Source: Opitutales bacterium (GTDB lineage: Bacteria; Verrucomicrobiota; Verrucomicrobiia; Opitutales; UBA2987). Taken from it: a DNA stretch of 64,000 bases. The DNA is taken from positions 1-64,000 of the forward strand of contig CBDDEL010000014.1 of the NCBI GenBank assembly GCA_965226885.1, given 5' to 3'. Of this stretch, positions 45,758 to 55,376 are shown in pieces. Positions within the stretch are counted from its first letter, which is position 1, and every line of letters begins with the position of its first letter. The notes under the pieces are model-generated. The model was not told the DNA's origin and made no database searches. It saw only the letters and a program-made list of their open reading frames with translations. Both the position numbers and the translations under genes were made by a program.

Positions 45758-47586
45758 TTATTCCGTCTCTTGCGCCTTCTCGGTGTTATTGTTGAGGATG
45801 CACTGGAGCAGAGGATTTTTTTTATCCGTGATGGCAGCAACGATCGCCTCGAACTCCCTTTGGCGGGTGAGATAACTGGCTACGTAAATGCAGTCCCCAT
45901 CCTGATCGACTATGCGGAAATAACCCAGCCCGAGTATATTTTGCCGGCTGGCTTTCCTGATTTCCCCCCATGGCATGAAGAGGGTCGCGCCGAGGGAATT
46001 GTAACTGGTGATTCCTTCCGGACTGATCTCACTTCTCAGTGTCAAAACCAGCAAGAGGGAAGTGAAAAAGGCAACCATGGTGATCAGGTTGAGGTTTCGA
46101 AACAGTTCAATCTGGACGAGTGATATGCCCACGAATATCCAGATCCGGGCTATATCCAGAATAAGGAGGGTGACGTGTACTGGATTTGTTGGACACGGGA
46201 TTCTCTTATATTCATTGTTTATTGATTAGTGTGTCAGGCGGCTTGTTTTGGTAAAGGGTTTTGTTTTCTCGTTGCCCCCCATGGGGGGCAAATATTTTCC
46301 TCGAATTGGACTGGGCTTTGGTAACTCAGAGAGGAATGTTTGCGATATCGGTTGTAGAAGATTTCCACGTATTCGAAGACAGTTGATCGCAGTTCGCGCT
46401 CGTCGGCAAAGTGGCGGCCTCGAATCGTGCTGGTCTTGAAGCGGCCGTAGAACGATTCCATGGCCGCGTTGTCGTAGCAGTTGCCTTGGGCGCTCATGCT
46501 CGGCTTCATGCCTAGTTCAGAGATCAGCCTCTGATAGTCGTCGCTGGCGTAGGGGCTGCCCCGATCGCTGTGATGAATAATCCCGGTGCGCAGTGTGCCG
46601 CGGGTCATGGCCGCGGCTTTGAGGGCCTTGCCAACCAGCTTCGCGTCGTTGTGGTTGGAAACGCTCCAGCCCAGCAGGCGTCGGCTGAACAGGTCCATCA
46701 CCGTGGCCAAGTACATCCAACCGGCCAGGGTCCGTAGGTAGGTCGTGTCCGCCACCCAGACCTCGTCGATATGGGTCGGCTGGCCATGCTTTTTAAGCAC
46801 ATTGGGGCTGTAACCATAGGGATGGTTACTGTTGGTTTTTAATGGCTTAAAGCGTTTACTCTGGGTGCTTTTGATTCCCATTTCACGCATCAGACGCAGA
46901 GCCCGGTCACGGCCGCAATCGATGCCCTCATCATCCTTCAGATGGCGGTGCATTGGCCGATGCCCATAAGCGGCCCTTGGCCTCTTTGTGTACCTTCAGG
47001 ATCGCCCCCTTGATTCCCTCGTCCTCGATCCGCCGGGCCGAGGGCGCTCGGTGCCTCCAGCAGTAATAGCCACTGCGACAAATCCCCATCGCCGAGCATA
47101 TTTCCTCGATCTTGAAGCGCCCCTCGTTGTCTTTGACAAACTGGTACTTCATTGTTCGTCCTTGGCAAAGTAGCCCACCGTTTTTTTTAGTATCTGGTTG
47201 ATCCGCTCCGAGCGGCGCAGCTCTTTGCGAAGACGATCTATCTCGGCCGCCATCTCCTTCGGACTGCTCTGTCGCTTTGAGGTGGCTTCGCCCTGCTGAT
47301 CGTCCAGATAGAGCCTCTTCCACCTATACAATTGGTTGGTGTTGACCCCAAGTTTGGTCGATACCTCGGTGGCTTGGTCGATACCTCGGTGGCGCTCAGA
47401 CCATCGAGTATCATCAGTTGAACTGCCTCATTTTTGAACTCTATACTAAAGCGTCTTCTTCCCATGCTTCGATTCTCCATTTAGGAGAATCTCGTGTCCA
47501 CTTTTTCCAGTGCACATCAGGGCGCCCAGCAGCCATAAAAAAAGGGTGGAAAATTGGCAGCGGTAGGATTGAGTGGGTGACCCCAT
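45758..47586 (-). pseudogene. Two-TM membrane protein split by IS3 element B
   Basis: Removing the IS and one GGG restores MGSPTQSYRCQFSTLFLWLLGA|LLILDIARIWIFVGISLV... Confidence 0.75.
46171..47519 (-). mobile_element. IS3-family element B, copy 2 (frameshifted)
   Basis: 3-bp TSD GGG; relative to copy 1 has a 20-bp tandem duplication (47354-47393), a +1 nt near 46968 and +3 nt near 47448. Confidence 0.93.
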
Positions 47587-47696
47587 GCTGTTTTTTTAAT
47601 AGTTGCATCCAATTTCCAGGCAAGACTGAAAAGTTGCATCTGATTATCTACTACCAACTTTTGTAAAACCAAACGGAAATGGATTGGCGGTTAGCG

Positions 47697-48518
47697 CTAA
47701 TCACGGAATATGTCGAGAAGGCTGCCTTTGTAGTTTTTTCCTTGGCCGCCCTGATCGTTCAGGCCCCAGTGATATTTGGAATAGACTATTTTGAAATCTC
47801 CTGCTGCCAGAAACGGTTTATGCCGTTTCGGGGCGTGCCTTTGCAATATTGATTTGATGCCGCCTCCAGCTGCAAAGTCTTCACTGTACCATTTGAAAAT
47901 CCGGGAAATTTCGGCCCGTTTTTCCGAATGTGAAAACCGGTTGAGGTCAACCCTGGAAAGCCAGATGCGGTAAACCTCCTCGATCCGTGCATCCAGATTC
48001 TCAGACTCGTAAGCAAATTTCTGCAATGGCGGGCAACTGCGGGCCGCACAAACGACAACGGCGTGAACTTTCCACCCGATGAGGGGAATCAGGGCGCCTT
48101 TTTCGATATCGTCCAGGGAGACTCGCATTCCTCCCACCAGATACCGGCGCGCAGTCCAGACATCCTTCACTTGCAAAATGCTCTCGACTGGGTAATTTTC
48201 AAGCATCGCTTTGATGGTAAAGGCGTTATAGGCGTTAATGAGGGAAGCGGCCTCTTCCGCTTTCGAGATTTTCGGGTCGGGCGCGGGAGCGTATTGATCG
48301 AGGTATTCTTGCAGCCGCTCAATGTCTCCCCGGTCGGTCTTCCAGGCCCCGTAATCGACCAGACCGCGAGCATTGACATACTTTTGCAAAAGCTCCTCGA
48401 AACGGGAGTGTTCGATTTCAGAGGGAACCGAGGGGCGCAAGTAATCGGCCCCGGTGAGTATCTGACCGGCACTGGCGCAGTATCCGGCAATGAACAGAAA
48501 ATTAATGAAGAATCGCAT
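47697..48518 (-). CDS. DUF547 family exported protein
   Basis: GLVDY, INAYNA, CAARSCPPL, SRIFKWY, YHWGLN. Confidence 0.88.
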   Translation of the reverse strand: MRFFINFLFIAGYCASAGQILTGADYLRPSVPSEIEHSRFEELLQKYVNARGLVDYGAWKTDRGDIERLQEYLDQYAPAPDPKISKAEEAASLINAYNAFTIKAMLENYPVESILQVKDVWTARRYLVGGMRVSLDDIEKGALIPLIGWKVHAVVVCAARSCPPLQKFAYESENLDARIEEVYRIWLSRVDLNRFSHSEKRAEISRIFKWYSEDFAAGGGIKSILQRHAPKRHKPFLAAGDFKIVYSKYHWGLNDQGGQGKNYKGSLLDIFRD

Positions 48519-48524
48519 GGAGAT

Positions 48525-49307
48525 TCAGGAAACTGTTGCCGTATCCGAGTCTGGTTCCAGGTGGGCATCGTGGAGAGCTTTACGAGCAATTTTGGTGACA
48601 TATACCGTCACCGCAATGGTGGCCAGAAATGCAACCGCGTTGAGGGCGAGCTTTCCGGTGTCGGCCCCTCCCGCCGCTGCTTCGGCTGCGGTTTTGCCCA
48701 GCGATCCAATGTAAACAAACAAAATCGTGCCCGGAATCATGCCGATCCAGCTGGCCAGCACATAGGGCCAGAAGGCCACCGAAGTCAGGCCATAAAGGTA
48801 ATTGCTGAGGTTGAAGGGCAAAAGTGGGGTGAGCCTCAAGAGTAAAACGATTTTCCAGCCCTCCTTGCCGATGGCCGCATCAATGGCCGTGAATTTGCGG
48901 TTTTTCCCGAACCTGTTTTCAATCCTTTCACGGGCCAGGTAACGGGCCACCAGAAAAGCCAGGGCGGCCCCCGTGACCGAGCCGAACGATACGAGAATCG
49001 ATCCAGTGATAACGCCAAAAAGCAGACCGGCGCCGATGGTCAGAATGGAACCGGGGAAAAAGAAAACCGTGGCCACTATGTAGCTTGCCGCATAAACGCC
49101 GTAACCGGCTACCCCGAGGCTTTCGATCCAGGCGTAAAATTCCTCTACCCGTCCGGACTCAACCGGTCCGGTGGGAGTTTCCGCTCCCGTTTGGGCCAGT
49201 AATTCTATCCCGCCGGCCAGGCTCAGGATGATTGCCACGAATAGGCCGATCCAGCGGAAAAGCGTGTGGTTTTTTCTTTGATACGGCATCGCCGTTTTTT
49301 TTATCAA
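48525..49307 (-). CDS. TVP38/TMEM64 (VTT/DedA-like) membrane protein
   Basis: FFPGSILTIGAG, LLRLTPLLPFNLSNY, GMIPGT. Confidence 0.9.
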   Translation of the reverse strand: MIKKTAMPYQRKNHTLFRWIGLFVAIILSLAGGIELLAQTGAETPTGPVESGRVEEFYAWIESLGVAGYGVYAASYIVATVFFFPGSILTIGAGLLFGVITGSILVSFGSVTGAALAFLVARYLARERIENRFGKNRKFTAIDAAIGKEGWKIVLLLRLTPLLPFNLSNYLYGLTSVAFWPYVLASWIGMIPGTILFVYIGSLGKTAAEAAAGGADTGKLALNAVAFLATIAVTVYVTKIARKALHDAHLEPDSDTATVS

Positions 49308-50788
49308 TTGACCTGCCTATGGAACAGCCAGGTGAAAATAGATTTGGTTCTGGCCGTCAGACGCGTTCGGTTGTAGCTGTCGCCCAGTTTGCGGGCCGCC
49401 TCCGCAAAGGTGGGGTAGGCGTGTATGGTGTTGCCAATTTTTCCCAGGCCGATGCCGTGCTTCATTGCGAGGACGAACTCGTGTAGGAGATCACCGGCAT
49501 GTTCTGCCACGATAGTCACGCCGAGAATTTTATCGGTGCCTTTGGCCGTCAGAACTTTGACAAAACCCTCGTCGGCGGATTCCAGGATGGCCCGGTCCAC
49601 ATCGTTCATTTGTTGTGTGTAGAGATCGTAGGGGATGTTTTCCTTTTTGGCGTCGGTCTCGTTGAGGCCCACCCTGGCGACTTCCGGGCTAGTGTAGGTG
49701 GCCCAGGGAACGACAGAGTAATCCACTTTGCTCCTGGGCAGCGGCAGGGGAACGAGGCTTTTGACAATGTTGCCCACGACGGTGCGGGCATGATGATCGG
49801 CCATGTGGGTGAATTGGTAGGGTCCCACGATATCGCCCGCCGCATAGATGTGGGGCTGAGAGGTCTGCAGGTTTTCGTTTACGATGATTCCCCTCCGGTT
49901 GAAATCGACTTGGGCCGCTTCCAGGTTCAATTTTTCCACGTTGGGGATGCGGCCCGCCGCCACCAGCAAAGTCTCCGCCTCGATGGTTTCGACTTTGGCT
50001 TGGGGGTCGTCTTTATCGCTGAATGGAACAAATTCCAGGCGAATGCGGCCATTTTCTTGAACCACTCTTCTGGGCAGGACCCCGGTTCGGATGTCAAGGC
50101 CTTCTTCTTGCAGGCGTTGGCGTATGAATTGGCTCACCTCCGCATCCTCCCGAATGAGAATTTGCGGAAAAACTTCGACCAGCTTAACTTTAACACCCAA
50201 ACGGTTGATGGCCTGACCCAATTCCACCCCGATGGGACCTCCACCGATCACTATCATGCTCTCGGGTTTTTCATTCAAGTGGTCAAAAAGATTTTCGTTG
50301 GTGAAATAGGGGACTTGTTCGATGCCCTCGATGGGCGGAATCCCGGCCCGGCTTCCCGTCGCGATGACAAATTTTTTGGCCTTCAATACCTGGCCGTTTA
50401 CCTCCACTTCATGCGGGGAGAGAAACCGCGCTTCTCCCTGAAACACATCCACGCCCAGGCTTTCGTAGCGCTCGACCGAATCGTTCGGCTCAATCAAGGC
50501 CCGGCGCGCTCTCATGCGCTCGAATACTTTGTTAAATTCGAAAACCGGTTCCTGCTTTTCCAGTCCCCAACGTTCGCTCTGGCGAATGTTCTGAATGGCG
50601 CGGGCCGATGAAATGAGGCCCTTGCTTGGCACACAGCCGTAGTTGAGGCAATCGCCCCCCATTTTATGTTTTTCGATGAGGGCGGCCCTTCCTCCCATTC
50701 CGGCTATGGCCGAAGTGGTGACCAGACCCGCGGTGCCAGCGCCGATGGCGATGACATTATAGATTCCTTTGCCTTTTTCCGGTTTCAT
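49304..50788 (-). CDS. Flavoprotein disulfide oxidoreductase (MerA/Lpd-like, no C-terminal Cys pair)
   Basis: GAGTAG, GGDCLNYGCVPSK, GGGPIG, HAYPT. Confidence 0.9.
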   Translation of the reverse strand: MKPEKGKGIYNVIAIGAGTAGLVTTSAIAGMGGRAALIEKHKMGGDCLNYGCVPSKGLISSARAIQNIRQSERWGLEKQEPVFEFNKVFERMRARRALIEPNDSVERYESLGVDVFQGEARFLSPHEVEVNGQVLKAKKFVIATGSRAGIPPIEGIEQVPYFTNENLFDHLNEKPESMIVIGGGPIGVELGQAINRLGVKVKLVEVFPQILIREDAEVSQFIRQRLQEEGLDIRTGVLPRRVVQENGRIRLEFVPFSDKDDPQAKVETIEAETLLVAAGRIPNVEKLNLEAAQVDFNRRGIIVNENLQTSQPHIYAAGDIVGPYQFTHMADHHARTVVGNIVKSLVPLPLPRSKVDYSVVPWATYTSPEVARVGLNETDAKKENIPYDLYTQQMNDVDRAILESADEGFVKVLTAKGTDKILGVTIVAEHAGDLLHEFVLAMKHGIGLGKIGNTIHAYPTFAEAARKLGDSYNRTRLTARTKSIFTWLFHRQVN

Positions 50789-50889
50789 GTTGGGTCTAGA
50801 TGGTAAAATAAATTCGAAATTTTATTATTGGTCGGACGCCTGACTGTTTCCTTACATAGGTGCTGGATGCTGGATTCCGTTGGTCAGGA

Positions 50890-51537
50890 TTATTTCAGGT
50901 ATTTCCAGGTTAACAGGATGTCCTGAAATGTTTTGCGGATGGGGTTTCGGCCGAAGCGGCGGCCCGAAGTCAGGATGGGGGGGTTGAGGATGGCTGTTTT
51001 GCCTCTTTGGGCCAGGCGGCGGGAAAATGACATATCTTCCAAGAGGTCGATTTCCGGAAACCCTCCCATTTCCTCGAAGATGGATTTTCGGACGAATATT
51101 CCCTGGTCGCCAAAGCTCCAACCGAACCAACGCAGTCTTAAATCGGCCAGCAGGCAGGTGAACTTCAGGAATAACGAAGTATGATCAAAACGCCGGCAAA
51201 AGGCGCCGCCTACCGTTTCGGGCTTTGCCATGCAGGCATTGATTTTTTCCAGGGCGTTGGCCGGAAGACGAGTGTCCGCGTGAAGAAAGAAGAGGATTTC
51301 CCCCCGGGCGGCGTGTGCGCCCATATTCATTTGCGCCGCCCGCTGGCGCAGGGGAGAGATTAGGAGGCGGGCCCCGGCTTCTTTGGCCAGGTTTTGTGTC
51401 TGGTCGGAACTGCCGCCATCAACCACCAGGATTTCGACAGTCACGTTTTCGTCCGACAGGCTGCCTAAAGCATGAGGGAGCGAGGCCGCCTCGTTAAGCG
51501 TCGGCATGATGATGCTAATGGAGAAATTTTCCGGCAT
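50890..51537 (-). CDS. GT2 glycosyltransferase, TIGR04283-like
   Basis: VVDGGSSD, RAAQMNMGA, FLHADT, FGDQGIF, LLED, TSGRRF. Confidence 0.85.
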   Translation of the reverse strand: MPENFSISIIMPTLNEAASLPHALGSLSDENVTVEILVVDGGSSDQTQNLAKEAGARLLISPLRQRAAQMNMGAHAARGEILFFLHADTRLPANALEKINACMAKPETVGGAFCRRFDHTSLFLKFTCLLADLRLRWFGWSFGDQGIFVRKSIFEEMGGFPEIDLLEDMSFSRRLAQRGKTAILNPPILTSGRRFGRNPIRKTFQDILLTWKYLK

Positions 51538-51628
51538 TCCATTTCAAATTCCGCGCGGATGAGCGTCCGGCGGCGGCGCTTTGCGGCAAACCTCTCGGAG
51601 GGCGAGTCGGTGGCCGGTGTTCGGCGTT

Positions 51629-52252
51629 TTATTGCCGAACCGCTTCCACTGTAATTTCAATAGAGACATCATCACCAATCATCGAGAGGACACCGTAATC
51701 AATTCCGAATTCGGTGCGTTTGAGGGAGGCGGTGGCCGTCCAGCCGCTGATGTATTTTTTTCTGTCGCCTTGACCAACTTCACCAGCGCCCAGGAGGGTC
51801 ACATCCAAGACAATGGATTTGGTGGTTTTGAGGATGGTCAGGTCGCCCGTTACTTTGAATTTGTTTTCGCCGACAGACTCCCAGTTGGTGCTTTCAAACG
51901 TCATGGTGGGATGGGTAAGGGCGTGAAAAAATTCATCCGAGCGCAGATGCCTGTCTCTTTTTTCGCTGTTAGTATCGACGCTGCCGATATGGATGACCGC
52001 CTTGGCGCTGTTGTTGACCGGATTTTCGGGATCGTAGAGGATCGTCCCTTCAAATTCCGAGAAGTTCCCCGGAACGGGGCTGAAGAAGTGCCGTACGCTG
52101 AATGAAACGCTGGAATGAGCCGGATCGATTTTGTAGGTATCGACAGCGGCCTGAGCGGTCCCGCAAAGAAGGGCAATGGCGGTATAGTAAAGAGGCAGGG
52201 AATTTTTCCAGAGAGGCAATTTCATGGCAGGGGTATTGTTTTTGCGATTCAA
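51629..52252 (-). CDS. YceI family periplasmic protein
   Basis: YKIDPAHSSVSF, RDRHLRSDEFF, GDLTI, RTEFGI. Confidence 0.92.
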   Translation of the reverse strand: MNRKNNTPAMKLPLWKNSLPLYYTAIALLCGTAQAAVDTYKIDPAHSSVSFSVRHFFSPVPGNFSEFEGTILYDPENPVNNSAKAVIHIGSVDTNSEKRDRHLRSDEFFHALTHPTMTFESTNWESVGENKFKVTGDLTILKTTKSIVLDVTLLGAGEVGQGDRKKYISGWTATASLKRTEFGIDYGVLSMIGDDVSIEITVEAVRQ

Positions 52253-52284
52253 AATAGACTCTTTAAAATAACGCCGATGTCAAA

Positions 52285-53076
52285 CTAAAGCAGCGGGCTC
52301 AAGTCTTCCGGCTTGCCTTCAACCGTCAAAACGTAGATCATGCTACCGTCCATCCAGAGAGCCGTGGCGTATTTGCCGAATTGTTTGAAGGACGGCTCTT
52401 TTTGATCTCTTTGGGTGGCGATTCCCTCCCGGTTGAGCACGTATAAATTGTAAAATTTGTTCCCTTTGAGACAGAGAATGCCCACCGGATTGTTTTCCCA
52501 TTTAAAGGTCAAACATCCCAATCCGGACAACTGATCCATGTTATCCGGCAGCCTCTGGGGGTGGGGGTGCCGATGCGGGTTGGGCGCTCCCTCTTTGATC
52601 AGGAATGCGCTCAAGTCATTTATCTCGTGGCTTCCGAAATCCAGAGGCCGAATGGTGGGCGAATGCACGGCCGCGGCCCGCGCAAAATTGTCCATTAGGG
52701 CAAGCTCCCCAACTGGGGGCGCTGTCGATTTTTTTTGGGTGAAAACCGCAGCCACGGTCAGGAGAGCTATCAAGCAAGCGGCGGCAGCCCATGTCCCAGG
52801 CTGTCTCCACCAGATAATTTTGGCTTTTTTGGTTTGGTTTTCCACAGCGGCTGTGGCCTCGCTTAAAATCCTTTCCATCAATCCGGACGGAGGCTGGATA
52901 TCCTTCAATTTGGCCGCAAATGCGCGATCAAAGGCTTGTTCTTTTTTCAGCAAAGCCTGCAATTGGGGATCTTCCGAGGCCATGCGCAGGGCCTCCCTGA
53001 CGTCCGGGTCATCCATTTCGGATAGATCGGCCCGATAGGCCCGTAGGATTTGTTTGGCTTCGTTTTTATCCATCAA
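52285..53076 (-). CDS. Putative transmembrane anti-sigma factor
   Basis: Directly after ECF sigma; cytoplasmic N-terminus, one TM (WAAAACLIALL), C-terminal domain with two Cys. Confidence 0.7.
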   Translation of the reverse strand: MMDKNEAKQILRAYRADLSEMDDPDVREALRMASEDPQLQALLKKEQAFDRAFAAKLKDIQPPSGLMERILSEATAAVENQTKKAKIIWWRQPGTWAAAACLIALLTVAAVFTQKKSTAPPVGELALMDNFARAAAVHSPTIRPLDFGSHEINDLSAFLIKEGAPNPHRHPHPQRLPDNMDQLSGLGCLTFKWENNPVGILCLKGNKFYNLYVLNREGIATQRDQKEPSFKQFGKYATALWMDGSMIYVLTVEGKPEDLSPLL

Positions 53077-53080
53077 TTTT

Positions 53081-53599
53081 TTAACCCCTTTCTTTGCGGA
53101 GCAAATTTTCTTTCAATTGCGCCTTGCCCCTTGAGAGTCGGGACATGACGGTGCCGATGGGCAATTCCAAAGCTGCCGCTATCTCTTTGTAGGAAAGGTC
53201 TTCGAGGTAAAACAAGGTTATCGGCGCGCGGTAAATTTCATCAACTTCGGCCAGCGCTTCGACGGCCCCGGCGGCATCAAGCGAAGACACATAATCCGGC
53301 GTCACGACGGGCATCTCGGCTTCAAGCAGTTCCGGTTCGTAAGAACTCATGTTTCTGCCCCGGCGGCGCACCATCAGAAATTCACGGTAGAGCGAGGTAA
53401 AAAGCCACGACTTTACCTTGGAGGCATCCCGCAGGGAAGACCCTTTTGTGGCCCAGATATAGAACGTCTGCTGAGTGAGATCGCAGGCGTCGTCCTCATT
53501 TTTGGCCAGGCTGTAGGCAAAACGGAATAGTGGTGTATAATAATTTTTCACCAGATCATTAAAATCCAAATGTTGATTTACTTGTTTAGGAGCATCCAT
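53081..53599 (-). CDS. ECF sigma factor
   Basis: DLTQQTF, KSWLF, LSYKEIA...IGTVMSRLSRGK. Confidence 0.92.
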   Translation of the reverse strand: MDAPKQVNQHLDFNDLVKNYYTPLFRFAYSLAKNEDDACDLTQQTFYIWATKGSSLRDASKVKSWLFTSLYREFLMVRRRGRNMSSYEPELLEAEMPVVTPDYVSSLDAAGAVEALAEVDEIYRAPITLFYLEDLSYKEIAAALELPIGTVMSRLSRGKAQLKENLLRKERG

Positions 53600-53660
53600 T
53601 TTTAGACTTTATTCCCGGTCAATGTTGCCTGGATTAACAAAGTGAATTTCAACTTCCGAT

Positions 53661-54731
53661 TCATATAATGAGCATGGCGTCTCCATAACTGAAAAACCGG
53701 TAACCCAACGAAATAGCTTCACCGTAGATAGCTTTCAACCATTTAATGCCGGTGGTCTCCCCCGGCGTGAGATAAGACGATACGAGGCAAAGGAGGGTTG
53801 ATCGCGGCAGGTGAAAATTGGTCAAAAGGGCATCCGTGACTTTAAACCGATAGGGTGGAATAATAAACAGATCGGCTTCCGAGCGAAAAGTTCCCTCCAC
53901 TTCAGGAATTGCCTGCCGGTGGGTCCAACAGTGCTCCATGGCTCTGGCCGAAGTGGTGCCGACGGCAATCCGGACCGTTCCCGAAGCGGGTTGGAGGGCT
54001 TTTAAGGTGGACCCGGAAATTTCATAAATTTCCTTGTGGATGGGGTGGTCTTCGACTTTTTCGCATTGCACCGGCTGAAAAGTATCCAGCCCAATTTGCA
54101 GAGTTAGGTCGTGAAAAGGGAATCCCAGCCGCTCCAGGCGATCAATCAGTTCAGGGCTGAAATGCAGGCCCGCGGTGGGGGCGGCGGCGGCCAGCTCTTT
54201 TTTGGGATGGGCATAAACCGTCTGGTAACGCTCCGAGTCCTGCGGATCGGGTTTCTGGCGGCGAATGTAGGGAGGCAGGGGCATTTCTCCCATTAGTTGG
54301 GTCAGTTGCAAGATGCTTTCATAGTTTGCCGGATTAAACTCGACCCGGTATTGGCCGGCATCCGATTTGGCCATCACCGTGGCCGAATATTTGCCTTGGC
54401 AGCCGAAAGTGGAACCCGGTTTGAGCCTGCGGCCGGGCTTGAGCAGGCACCACCATTGGTTCGGTATGCCAGCGGCAGGGTGGAGGAGTAGGCATTCCAC
54501 CTCTCCGCCGGTCGGCCTGCGGCCCCTCAGACGGGCTTTGATGACCTTTACATTATTGCGGAACAATCGGCTGCCATCCGGCAGCAAATCCGGCAGGTCG
54601 CGAAAAATGAAGTGTTCCAGGCGGCCGCTTTGGCGGTTGGCGAGCAACAACCTGGCATCGTCGCGCCGTGAGGCCGGAGATTGCGCGATGCACTCCTCCG
54701 GCAGATTGAAATCCAGCAGTTTGGTATCCAA
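53661..54731 (-). CDS. queA: SAM:tRNA ribosyltransferase-isomerase
   Basis: PLPPYI, YQTVYA, AAPTAGLHF, TNFHLPRST, FFSYGDAM; start set at TTG 54731 with AAGGA upstream. Confidence 0.95.
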   Translation of the reverse strand: MDTKLLDFNLPEECIAQSPASRRDDARLLLANRQSGRLEHFIFRDLPDLLPDGSRLFRNNVKVIKARLRGRRPTGGEVECLLLHPAAGIPNQWWCLLKPGRRLKPGSTFGCQGKYSATVMAKSDAGQYRVEFNPANYESILQLTQLMGEMPLPPYIRRQKPDPQDSERYQTVYAHPKKELAAAAPTAGLHFSPELIDRLERLGFPFHDLTLQIGLDTFQPVQCEKVEDHPIHKEIYEISGSTLKALQPASGTVRIAVGTTSARAMEHCWTHRQAIPEVEGTFRSEADLFIIPPYRFKVTDALLTNFHLPRSTLLCLVSSYLTPGETTGIKWLKAIYGEAISLGYRFFSYGDAMLII

Positions 54732-54745
54732 AGTCCTTGGGGGGT

Positions 54746-55360
54746 CTATCGCTGTAGTGCCGGGGCGTCGCTTGTCGGCGTTACCTGACACGCCTTGTTC
54801 GACTCCCATTTTTCCCTTGAGATTCCAAGTAGGTTTACGTCAACACACTTTCCAGTCTTTTGACATCCTTGAGGAATATATTCGATAAATTTCATTCCGC
54901 TTTTCATCAAAACAATTTCGCTGGCTTTGTTCCAGATTGCATGACAGGCAACGATTTTTGAAGCTCCTAATTCTTCGAATCCAAATTTCATCAAAGCAGA
55001 AATCGCTTCAGACATGTATCCTTTATTCTGTTTTTCCGGATGGGTCCAAAAGCCAAAATCCCAAACGGAATCACTTTTTGATCGAATCGATATCCTTCCG
55101 ATAAATTCTTTTGATTTTTTCGATTCGATACTGAAACAGTAGCCTTGATCTTCCTTCCACGCTCTAACATTCGCTTCGTGGGGTGCGATCAACTCTTCCT
55201 CACGTTGAGGCGGATCCCAGAGCATGCCATCATTGAAGCCATCGTGCCGGGTTGCGGAGAATATGTGAGGAATGTCTTCTTTCGAAACGTATCTTAGACG
55301 AGAAACGTATCTTAGACGACACCGAGGCGTTTCAATAGAATATGAGGTGGGAAACTTCAT
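54746..55360 (-). CDS. RimJ/RimL-type GNAT acetyltransferase with in-frame 18-bp duplication
   Basis: IETPRCRLR, FGFWTHPEKQNKGYMSEA, NKASEIVL; RLRYVS repeated (55284-55319). Confidence 0.88.
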   Translation of the reverse strand: MKFPTSYSIETPRCRLRYVSRLRYVSKEDIPHIFSATRHDGFNDGMLWDPPQREEELIAPHEANVRAWKEDQGYCFSIESKKSKEFIGRISIRSKSDSVWDFGFWTHPEKQNKGYMSEAISALMKFGFEELGASKIVACHAIWNKASEIVLMKSGMKFIEYIPQGCQKTGKCVDVNLLGISREKWESNKACQVTPTSDAPALQR

Positions 55361-55376
55361 TTTTGGCCAATCATTC

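Noticed and set aside
49304..50788. Mercuric reductase merA
   Set aside because: No C-terminal Cys-Cys, no NmerA domain, no mer genes nearby
54732..54809. N-terminal extension of QueA
   Set aside because: Overlaps the GNAT 3' end; a better start with RBS exists at 54731
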